A DNA stretch of 64,000 nt, from contig OZ237759.1 of assembly GCA_965178125.1 (NCBI GenBank), positions 806,001 through 870,000 on the forward strand, in the 5' to 3' direction. Under the pieces are notes generated by a model. The model had not been told where the DNA came from, ran no database searches, and worked only from the letters and a program-made list of their open reading frames with translations. Origin of the DNA: Bilabrum cf. latius. Lineage: Eukaryota. The translations under genes were made by a program, and so were the position numbers. This document shows, piece by piece, positions 24,524-34,356 of the stretch (positions are counted from its first letter, which is position 1; every line of letters starts with the position of its first letter).

Positions 24524-25450
24524 ATGGTAGAGATTCAAGAACCAGATATCTTTTATATTAACTCATAGGATACTATAACATCTATTAATACTAATAGACC
24601 AGTATCAATACATGAACAGCGTCAAGGTAATATCTTGACAAATTCACAAAACTACTTATTATCACTTGACCGATGGACTCTTAAATGTCGTATTCCTTTA
24701 TTTGTAGCAAGTAAAGAAGTAAAGAATAGCGATAATTAGTCAATTTATAAGATGTCGTTTGTGAAGAAGAGTGATGGAACTACTTACACTCGTAATATTG
24801 TCTTAACTAAGCCGTTATATTATAGTCTTAAGACCCTATCTAATGAATTTAATAATACTCTTAGTGATTTATGTGGAGATGCTAGTATTCCAACTGATAG
24901 TATAGTATTTGAATATCACGGTAAGACTAAAACATTTAGTTTCACCCGTTTAGCCGCTTTTACAAGTGCGTGGACTTTAAGTTTTAACTTTCCTTTATTC
25001 TCTATCTTTGAGACATTTGAATATGACGATGAAGGTAAAGACATCAAGAGTGATACTTATATAAATCTATTAGATGGATATAATGAATAGAGTGCTTCTA
25101 CCTTAGATTAGTTTCCTACTATGGAGTATATTCAAATTATTAGTCCATCACTTCCAATACTTCCAGAATTTACGCCATCATATAAAAGTACATCTAGTAC
25201 AGAGATACAAAGTGAAAATATCTTAAGTGATTTCAAGATAGACAATACAACAGGAACGAGTTTTATTAAAATAAACTTTAGTAGTGGAGGAAATCATAGA
25301 TGGCAATAGTTCTATAGATCAGCATTTAATAGTTATAGTATAGTACCGTATTTTAGAGATACTTTTGGAAACTTATACGAAATACCCTTTACTTTTGGAC
25401 AAGGACTTAATATAAAAGCTCTATTTAAAAGTAAAAAGTTAATAACTTAA
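24524..25450 (+). CDS. Minor capsid (penton) protein (308 aa)
   Basis: EQRQGNILTNSQNYLLSLDRWTL...IPLF, SLPILPEF, NILSDF, IKALF; lies between protease and major capsid gene. Confidence 0.85.
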
Positions 25451-25492
25451 AGTAAAAAATAAATAAATATCTTTAGTCTTAATATATTTATA

Positions 25493-27379
25493 ATGTCTGA
25501 TATGGATAATGTACCTGTAGCAGCACAAAGCAAAGTCGTAGATGACGTCTCAGAACTACCAGTAACTCAAATAGCTGACGAAAAACTCAACTTTGTGGGT
25601 GATAGTCAAGCTATTACTCTAGGAACTACCCTTGGATACTCTTCCAAGTTTCAAAATCACTACGAACCAGATGGTGGTAACTCTAGCGCAACTAATGCAT
25701 TTAGAAGTAATTATACTTTCGTAGTGCCATCAAATCAAGGAATGACTGACAGTAATCCCCGTCTAAGAGTTTCATTTGACGTATACATCTATGATAGTTA
25801 GAACAATGGAGCAGTAGCTCAAACTGATATCGTCAATAAGGTAGCCCCTTCTACATTTATGGTAAATTCAATGATCACAAGTTCCACAGTTAAAATGGGA
25901 GACTTATCTCGTAGTTCATCACCTTATCAATTAGTCAATTTAATAGCTAGAAGTCTTGACCGTGCCACTCTAGCACAAATAAGTCCTGTCTTTTAGGCTG
26001 ATAACACTTGGGAATTTAATACTGCCGCAAATGGTCTTGCTAAGTCTGTCCTTCAATGGGGTGTAAATGATGATAGTATTATGGAAGCTCGCGGTCCTGG
26101 TAAGAATTACCGCGCAACACTTGAAAAAGTGGATGCTAATACTCCAATACCTAATAATAATGTAACACCAACTCAAGACTATGTCAAATTACATATTGAA
26201 ATCTCTGAAGCACTTCTTGCACGTCCTTTCCAATATATGATGGGTGGTAATGCTAGACCTTTTGTTGATCATCCACAATTAAATGTTAATTTACAAATGA
26301 GAAATAACTTAATTGATAAGATGTTTAATACTTCAAGTGATTGGAATGGAGACTATGCTTTTGCTTTATCCGATTGCTAGATCCATTTTGATGTCTTTAC
26401 TTATAATACTCATCTTAACTTCTTGAAGAAAGTACCTAAACAAATATTCTACAACTCTGTTGACTTTGAACTACATGAAGAGCCTAAACTTGATAATCCT
26501 ATCACTACTAAAGGTGTCCATACTTTTAATAATTATCAACTTTAGACTTGCCCTTCTTGGTTTGCTGTGTGCTTAGTTGATTCTCAATATGGAGAAGCTA
26601 GTGGTACACCTCATAGAACACTTGCCATTAACAATATTAAAGTACAACTTAGGTCTTAGGGTTCTATTTTAGGAGAACTTACACAAGACGATATCTTTAG
26701 ACTTAGTGAAAGAAATGGATCAAATAGTGAGTATGCTTCTTTTACTAACTTAGATGTAACTGTAGGAGGTGCTTCTAAAGTATACGGATCTAATGGCTGG
26801 CTCTTATTTAGACTTAGTGATTTAAATACTCCTGAAACTATTCAAAGCAACAGTGCTGACCCTATTAGTATTCGTGTTCAAGTAGCCTATGACGAACCCC
26901 CAACCGCTGCTATGTCTCAAGGATATAAAGCTCAATTATTCTGTGCCTATGACAAGATTATCGTGAATACTAGAGGTGCCGCTATTGAATGGCGTGAAGA
27001 TAGTGCTTCTGTTGACCCTGAGAAAGTGGCTAAACCTTCTAATTATACATTTTCTAATATGAACTACTCTAAGAACGTATTAGGTGGAAGACGTCGTAAA
27101 GTGATGCAATTCTTTAAGAGAGCCTTTAACAAAGCTAAAGACTTAGGACGTAAAGTGGTAGACTTTGGAAAGAAAGCTAAAGCTAAATTTGATAAAGTGA
27201 AACCAGCTCTTCGTAAAGCAAGGCAAGCAGTAAGTGAATACTTACCCGATGAAGTGAATGACTTAGCTGAACGTGTTGGAGCAGGTCTTTTAACTAGTGG
27301 TGGAAGTCTTTTGACCAGTGGAGGTAAGAAATTAACTAAGGCTCAACTTATGAAACTTAGAAAGTAGCTCAATATGTGA
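25493..27379 (+). CDS. Virophage major capsid protein (628 aa)
   Basis: Single frame with TAG sense; ISEALLARPF, NNYQL[TAG]TCP, LAINNIKVQL...SILGELTQDDIFRLSERNG resemble virophage MCP motifs; basic C-terminal extension after VLGG. Confidence 0.92.
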
Positions 27380-27566
27380 GTCGTAAATTATTAATTAATA
27401 TTTAAAAGTTATAAATATTGACTAAATTTAAAAACTCAATACGGGTACGAGCCCAGAATTGCGAAAATATATCTTGAATAGCTATAATATTACCGCAATT
27501 TGGGGCGGTCATACCTTAAGACTAGTTTAAATATTACGCCAAAAAATATCCACTATATATATAGTT

Positions 27567-27989
27567 ATGGCAGCAGTATCACCGTGTGAAGACTTACTTT
27601 ATATGGAGTATTCATTCTTATTCTTACCACATAGAGAAGACCCAACACTTAAATCTCAAAAGGTTTACTTAGATGATGAACTTGAAGGAGATCCTGAAGA
27701 CATTGTAATAGATAAAGATTAGATATAGGTAAATAATAGAGGTCATATAAAGACATATGTAAGTGAAGGAGGCTTTACAAAGTTAAAGGTAGGATAGATA
27801 ATTGAAGAGATGGAGCAAGAGGTGCGTAATTAGAATGGTATTGATTATGATTGTATTTTTTATCATAAAGTTGAACACGACACCAGCACAGATATTTATA
27901 AAGTAGTATGGGGGTGGTATCCAGCAGACTTTCCAACAAATGGATGCGACCCTGCTATCTTGTATAAGAAACCCCCTAATATGGATTAA
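27567..27989 (+). CDS. Virophage cassette ORF 1, hypothetical (140 aa)
   Basis: ATG directly after the shared leader CGCCAAAAAATATCCACTATATATATAGT; four TAG; TAA stop. Confidence 0.7.
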
Positions 27990-27994
27990 TTATT

Positions 27995-28304
27995 AAAAAA
28001 ATTCTTTGAGCTAGTAATTATACCGATGGTTTGACTACTTGGCGAAGTCATTCGTAAGTCATTGTTGTAGCGGAGCCAGAACGTGAACTGATGCACCTGA
28101 AACCCTATTAAGTCTTACGACTAAGTCTGCTACAACCACTTACGACTACTTCTACAGTATCCAAACTCCCTTCAAAGACTTGCAAGACGTGTGCTTTGTC
28201 ATAAGTATGACTTACAGAACGACTCACGGCGATGTCAGTGGTGGGAATCGAACCCACGACCTTGACTTTGTGAAACAATCACGATATCACTAGACCAAGA
28301 CCAC
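27995..28304 (-). ncRNA. Candidate Pol III-transcribed, tRNA-headed structured RNA (about 310 nt)
   Basis: A box TGGTCTAGTG (28297-28288), T-arm GTGGG-TTCGATT-CCCAC with B box (28254-28244), downstream stems, no T4 run before a T7 terminator at 28001-27995. Confidence 0.65.
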
Positions 28305-28476
28305 AACGCACCAAGAGGTTAAAAAAAAAATATTCAAATAAATTTTAAAATTCAATACGCCTAAACGCCCAGAATTGCAGAAATATATCTTAAATAGCTA
28401 TAATATTACCGCAATTTCGGGCGGTCATATCCTAAGTTTGATTATTCCGCCAAAAATATCTACTATATATATAGTA

Positions 28477-28929
28477 ATGTCAGATAATTTAGACTTCCAT
28501 TTAATTAAACAAGTTGATGATATATGTTTCACTGGTGTTGAATTCTATTAGGGATATCGAATAACTCAAGGTGAACAGCTTAAACAACTTAATTACTTAT
28601 TCGTAGATAACAAAAAGGATATTGATAAGTTTGTATCTATTTCATTTGTAAAAGAAGCAGATAAGGATGAGTTTGAGCTATTACTGGTTAATGAAAATGG
28701 AAAATTAGAAGACGACACAGATATATTTAAAACAGAGAGAGACCTTATTAAGTACTTGAAAGAAATAGATTTAAACAAAAAAGACTATTCAAATGATGAT
28801 GTTATGTTGTCAACATTTCCAATTATAATGATGAGCATACGAGATCTAGTAATCAATAGCAATATTGGTTCAATTGAGAGTATCAAAAAAGGTGATACAG
28901 ATCAATTTGACCACTTGAAAGATAACTAA
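28477..28929 (+). CDS. Virophage cassette ORF 2, hypothetical (150 aa)
   Basis: Same palindrome and leader as cassettes 1 and 3; one TAG; TAA stop. Confidence 0.7.
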
Positions 28930-29066
28930 ATAAATTCAATACACGTACGCGCCCAGAATTGCGGAAATATATCTTAAATAGCTATAATATTACCGCAATT
29001 TCGGGCGGTCATATCTTAAGACTAGTTTATTACTTTCGCCAAAAAATATCCACTATATATATAGTA

Positions 29067-29417
29067 ATGTCAGATAAAGAAGATATCAAAATTGAACTAT
29101 CTCAAAATTTTATAGATGAATGTCTTGTTAAAGGTGTAGGTGTCGATGATGTAGTCAGTAGTATAGGTAAAAGTATTGAGAATCACTTTGATAAATATGT
29201 ATGGATGAAACCAAAAGACAAAGGTGATGGTTATCGTTAGAATGTCTTTAGTTTTAAATTCGACAATATTATCAAGAAACTCGAAAGTACATTGGAACAG
29301 TTAGAATATGAAGAGCAAGTGAAACACGTCTAGGAGCTGATGTATCGTGTTGAAAGAAGTGAATGTGAAAGGAAGAAGAGAGAAGAAAAAATTAAAAAGA
29401 CAAAAAGAGACCACTAA
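29067..29417 (+). CDS. Virophage cassette ORF 3, hypothetical (116 aa)
   Basis: Same palindrome and leader; two TAG; TAA stop. Confidence 0.7.
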
Positions 29418-29479
29418 GTCATTTTATATAAGGTATGTATTATTAAGTCTTATTAAGTTTTTTATTAATAAGTCATAAT

Positions 29480-32278
29480 TTAATTTTGTTGTTCTAGTGG
29501 ATCATTATCCTCATCAACAAATAAAGCGGGGTCTAAGTCAACCTCTATCTCTTCATCGGGTAATTGAACCTCTTCATCATCAACAAATATATCTACTTCA
29601 CGAGTCTTTTTCTTGTTAGACCAGATATATTCCATCTCATCAATAATATCCTAATTAAATTCTACATCATAGTTAATTTTCTTTTTCTTACAAGTCATAA
29701 ATATGTCTTTCCCAAACATTGATTTATATACTTTAAGTATTTCGTAATAAAGACCTTTATCAGTGGATAAGTCAACTTTACTTCTTCTTTGGCAGTCATA
29801 CACTGTCCTATATTCATCTGTTAAGTCTTGATCTAATACTTTCTTTTTGATATTATAATCAAGATTAGTTCTTTTAAGACCTAAAGTATCAATCATCTTA
29901 TTAAGTAAGACTAATTTTCTAGAACTAGACTTAGCATTGATAATATCAAACTCGCCTTTATTAATTGCTTTCACAAGTAAGTGCTTATCATCTTGTCTAA
30001 AGAATTTATTGAAATTAAATAAATTAGATAACTTACCTTTATTAATAAAGTACTCTTTGTATTTGTCAATATCACCTTCATCTAAGTCTAAATATTTATT
30101 AATCTTCTTGACATTAAGACAATTAATATCAAAATTTTCAAGTTGTTTTTCTTTAATGGTATCTTTGATTTCTTTATCCTTACATCTGGTGATCTTAACA
30201 GATAAATCATAAGACACGTCATAACCGGTATCAATTAACTACTTGATCATATGTAATTTAGGGTTTGTCTTATAACAATCTACCTTGTAAAGATAATTAC
30301 GATATAGTTTCTTGAATATGATTTTAACTTTGCTCATTTCTTCTTCTACTTTGTCTTCTACTTCTACCTCGTTGAAGTCGGGATATGTATCACTGACAAA
30401 TTTAACTAATTCTTCGTAGTCTTTTAAAGAGGTAGCCATAAAAGATTTAACTTGTGAAAGACTTTCATATGTGCTAGATCGTCCTTTCTAGTAATCAAAA
30501 AATATAGTGATATGTGATGGGTTTCTACATCTGTTAAGCTATTGAACCATTTGGGGAGGTGTGATAGTATGACCTTTGAAATAACCAAAGACTGGTCTAG
30601 TCATAGTGCTATCTATCCCGTAAATGACTTTAGGTGAGAAGATAATGATATCAAACAAATCCATATCATAGTCTTTGTCTTCGCTTTCTGCTGTAAGTAT
30701 TAAGATTTTATTTAATTTCTTATCTTTCTCGTTATCTATAATTTTAAGACTAATTAACTCATTGATTATATCAGCTTTTGTCTTACTATCACTAGCAAGC
30801 ATAAACTTCTTGTGTTTCATTAACTCATCTCTAAAAGTCTGTTCGTCATTAACAAATACAGTTTTGGTGCCCTTGAACCTGTTTCTGTCATTCCTAATAT
30901 ATTGATAATCTAATTTTAATAATTCTAAGAAATATAGAGCATCTTGAGATAAGTCAGCATCTGCTACTATGAACTACTTACAAGTGGTAAGAGCACGAAT
31001 AAGAGTAATGAAACTCATTGGTCGCCTACCATATAAAGTCGTAGAACTTAAACAGTGTTCTAAGATACTATTAAACTCATCTAAAAAGACAATATAATCC
31101 TTAAAGTTATAATTGCTAAGACTAACAATACTTTCAGGAGTAATAACAATACTATCACCCTATTTGTATTTATGGTCTTGATAGAATTTAGTTGATTTTG
31201 GAAGACTACGCATCTATTGCTTACCTAATAAAATACGACTAACAACTGATAAAAAGCTGTCATCTACTCTATTAAATAAATCATTAGCAGCAGTTGTCTT
31301 TCCAGAACCAGCCCCCGACTTAACGGCATAGTTGATACCTTTCTTAAAGAATTTAATATAACGACCTTTGTCGTCAGCAGTCAAATATCTACGGTCAATC
31401 TTCTAATTGACTTTCTTGACTACTTTATTCTTGAATATCTTGTATCGATAATATAGGCTAAGTCGTTTCTTTTCACTATCTAACTAGTTAAAGAACCATT
31501 CAACACATTGAAAAGTGGAATTTTGTAATAATCGAGTAAAAATTATCTTGTTCTTAGTCGACTAATAGCTTTCTACGTCTTGTTTGCTCCATTCATCAAA
31601 TATATCATATACCTTATTACCATCTACTGGATTTAAGTATTTAGCGATATAACTTGTAGCTCTACAAACTAGATGCCAGTTATATGAATTAGAATAATAC
31701 TCTTTACCTAATTGATATAAGTATTGTTTGTATTCTTCGGGTTTAATCATATAACGGTAGTCTTCAGCTGTAAGTTGTGGTGAATAGATATTTTGTAGTA
31801 TGAACATCTTGACGTCAGTTGGTATTCTTTTCACGGATGTCTTTTGTATTAGTTCGTATTTCTTACCGTTGATAGAGCTAGGAGGACACATGATAAAGCT
31901 ATCATTTGTGATCACATCTATATGTTCTTTTCTATTTACTGACCTCTTACTAAACTCTTCTTCATACTTAAAATACAAATGATATCCATTGGGAGACTTG
32001 ACAGTGTAAGTATTCATCTCTTGAATAAACTTATCAACACTACCATATTCCGCAATAAACTTACCATTTTGAAATTCAGTTTTATTTTTCTCTTTTTCAC
32101 AATCTAAGTCAAGGACAAAGAAACCTGCACGTCTTCCAGTAAGTAATCCAACATTAAGATTTGACTTTCTGGTGATAAGTTTAGTAGATTCCAAATTCTA
32201 CCAAGACTTAATAAGTGGTTGTTTAGAGTTGTGAGCTATTGAGAAATAAACAGGGTTAGATATGTGTTCGGTCGTCAT
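29480..32278 (-). CDS. Primase-polymerase + PriCT-like + UL9/origin-binding-type SF2 helicase fusion (932 aa)
   Basis: KQPLIKSW, NVGLLTG, FVLDLD, TVKSPNGYHLYF (prim-pol); FDEWSK; KSGAGSGKTT, VSRILL, VFLDEFNS, ADADL, FSPKVIYGID, Q[TAG]LNRCR; four track ORFs share one frame. Confidence 0.88.
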
Positions 32279-32308
32279 TCTAGTATATACTATACTAAAG
32301 ATAATTTT

Positions 32309-32521
32309 TTAAGTCATTTTCTAGACGCACTATTTTGGCTTAAAGGATTGAGATGGATTTTCGCGCACAACTAGAGTATTTTTAAATTTTTCAATTTCTG
32401 CTGGGGATTTCCCGATTAGTAAATAACTTATAGTCTCTTGAAACTCTATTGGTAAGTCTTGTAATTGATGTATTGGTTTATTGATAACTTGATTATTTGA
32501 TTTGGTATCTATTAAATCCAT
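32309..32521 (-). CDS. Virophage small hypothetical protein (70 aa)
   Basis: Track ORF extended through two TAG to TAA 32309. Confidence 0.5.
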
Positions 32522-32553
32522 TATTAATAATACTATAATAATAGAATATATTT

Positions 32554-32763
32554 TTAAGTCTTATTTAATCCTTCTGTATCTGGTTCATCCTTAACCTGTT
32601 TTCTCTTCTAATAGTACCCCTTCCATTTCTCTTGATTCTTTTGGTAATATTTCTATTTAGCTTTTTTAATAGCTTCTTTCTTTTTGGTCTCCTATTCCTT
32701 GAGTCTTTGATAATCTTCCATAATGTCTTGAACCTATTTTAATACATCTTTAATATCTGGCAT
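32554..32763 (-). CDS. Virophage small basic coiled-coil protein (69 aa)
   Basis: MPDIKDVLK[TAG]VQD...KKAK[TAG]KYYQKNQEKWKGYY; TAA stop. Confidence 0.55.
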
Positions 32764-32823
32764 TACTATAGTAATATACTAGATAAATCTTTAAGTTTTT
32801 AAAACTAGAAAATGACTTAAAAT

Positions 32824-34356
32824 AAGTGGTATGAGTTAGTGAATATGTAAAATTGAATACGGGTGAGCGCCCAGAATTGCAAACATAATTTTCTTGATAC
32901 TTATATATTTCCGCAATTTGGGGCGGTCATATCTGGAGATACAATTTGGGGCGGTCATATCTGGAGATACAATTTGGGGCGGTCATATTTATTATTAGTT
33001 ATTTTAAAATATCTCGTCAAGTGGTTAAGTCTTTTTGTGATATCCCGTTAAGTGGTCAATAAAATGAACGGTAAGTCAAAAAAATTAATCAAAATAAAGA
33101 AGTAGTTGATTATTAATTATTGAAGACACCTAAGCGCCCAGAATTGCGGACATAATTTCTAGAATACTTATATATTTCCGCAATTTCGGGCCGTCATTTC
33201 TGGACATTTAATATAGCACATACTAGAAATATCTTTATTACAAAATTACACCTCTATAAGATAACTATGTCAAAATTAACAAAATATAAAACTCAATACA
33301 CCTACGCGCCCAGAATTGCGACAATATATCTTAATATCCTAATATATTACCGCAATTTCGGGCGCTAGTATTATACTATACCATATTTAATTATCCTATA
33401 TTTTCCATTTAATCTAGTGATTAATCATTTCAAAGTAATACACTTGACATAAACCAGTTCATTGAGTCATTTTAAAGTCATCGTCAAAACATTTATCATT
33501 TTTAAGTTATCCCGCTTTGTATTCCTTTATATCATATACTCAAACAAAGGACTTTAACATATTTAAAGAATTATGAAAAATAAAAATCAATACACCTACG
33601 CGCCCAGAATTGCAGAAATATATCTTGAATAGCTATAATATTACCGCAATTTCGGGCGATAGATAAAAGAATGTATTTTTAAGGGGATACCCTTATATTT
33701 GAAGTTTTGAAGAGATGACATATAAAAGACTTTATAAAGTGATTAATATCTCCTTCTAGTTATATTTAAATATTCAATTATTTAAGTATAGATTGACAAG
33801 TAATAAAAAAAGAGATAAATTAAGTTGATATATTAGTTTAGTTTTATTTATTAATTTAAATTTTTCATTGGAAGTATTAAAAAGACTTTAATACTTCTGT
33901 CAATCTCTTTAAGTATTTATTTAGTTATTTTCTAAAGTGGTAAATGTCAATTGATACTTAAAACCAAATCATAATATAAAACTCAATACACCTACGCGCC
34001 CAGAATTGCGAACATATATTCTTAAATGACTATATATTTCCGCAATTTCGGGCGGGCATATCCTAAGACTTAGGCTAGGGATTCACTCAACAGATTAAGT
34101 AAAGTAAAGGTCTAACAGATAGACATTAACGGCGCGAAGGTATTAAATTAGGTAGATATATGAATAAATAGCTATTAAATTATTATGTTCAAGTGAAGGA
34201 CATTATGAAGGACTACGGCTTAAGATGTTGTGAAGTGGTTAATATTGACCTCTTATGTTATCCGCCAAAATGTGTGTAGTTTTTATATAAGTAAACTCTA
34301 TTTCTACTATATAGTAGAAATAGAGTTATCATAACTCCACATTTTGGCGGATAACA
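32824..34356 (-). repeat. Right terminal inverted repeat (about 1.53 kb)
   Basis: Reverse complement of the left TIR, with fewer 93-bp units and an extra short GGTCATATCTGGAGATACAATTTGGGGC unit. Confidence 0.92.
34256..34356. repeat. Right terminal hairpin (101 bp), identical in direct orientation to 5511-5611
   Basis: Base-for-base identity with 5511-5611 on the plus strand, including the asymmetric segments. Confidence 0.95.

Larger units (their letters stand above)
5813..34054. repeat. Family of about 22 dispersed 58-bp imperfect palindromes confined to the virophage
   Basis: Consensus CGCCC(G/C)AAATTGCG-about 30 bp AT-rich-GCAATTCTGGGCG plus tail CGTAGG(T/C)GTATTGA. Approximate starts: 5813, 6209, 6503, 6675, 6886, 7311, 8038, 11223, 12677, 18735, 21678, 21797, 24259, 24430, 27450, 28366, 28950, 32868, 33135, 33307, 33601, 33997. 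Confidence 0.92.
5511..34356. mobile_element. Endogenous virophage (mavirus/EMALE-like, rve-integrase type), complete
   Basis: Sharp switch to AT-rich DNA; TG...CA termini; 5-bp TSD; long TIRs; rve integrase; contiguous ATPase, cysteine protease, penton and major capsid genes in mavirus order. Confidence 0.95.

Noticed and set aside
28078-28135. Hammerhead ribozyme (CTGATG...GAAAC on the plus strand)
   Set aside because: Core is CTGATGC, not CTGATGA, and stem II is missing.
28232-28304. Functional tRNA (Val-CAC or an amber suppressor)
   Set aside because: Acceptor stem does not pair, the anticodon arm is irregular and there is no CTA anticodon; kept only as a tRNA-like promoter head.
5511-34356. 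Decayed pseudogenised virus, or bacterial/phage contamination
   Set aside because: Interruptions are almost all TAG at Gln-like sites with frames preserved; TSD and the in-frame host gene across the junction support real integration.
5511-34356. LTR retrotransposon (101-bp TG...CA direct repeats, 5-bp TSD, integrase) or classical Polinton
   Set aside because: No reverse transcriptase or gag and no pPolB; capsid genes are virophage-type; the direct repeats are palindromes inside long inverted repeats.
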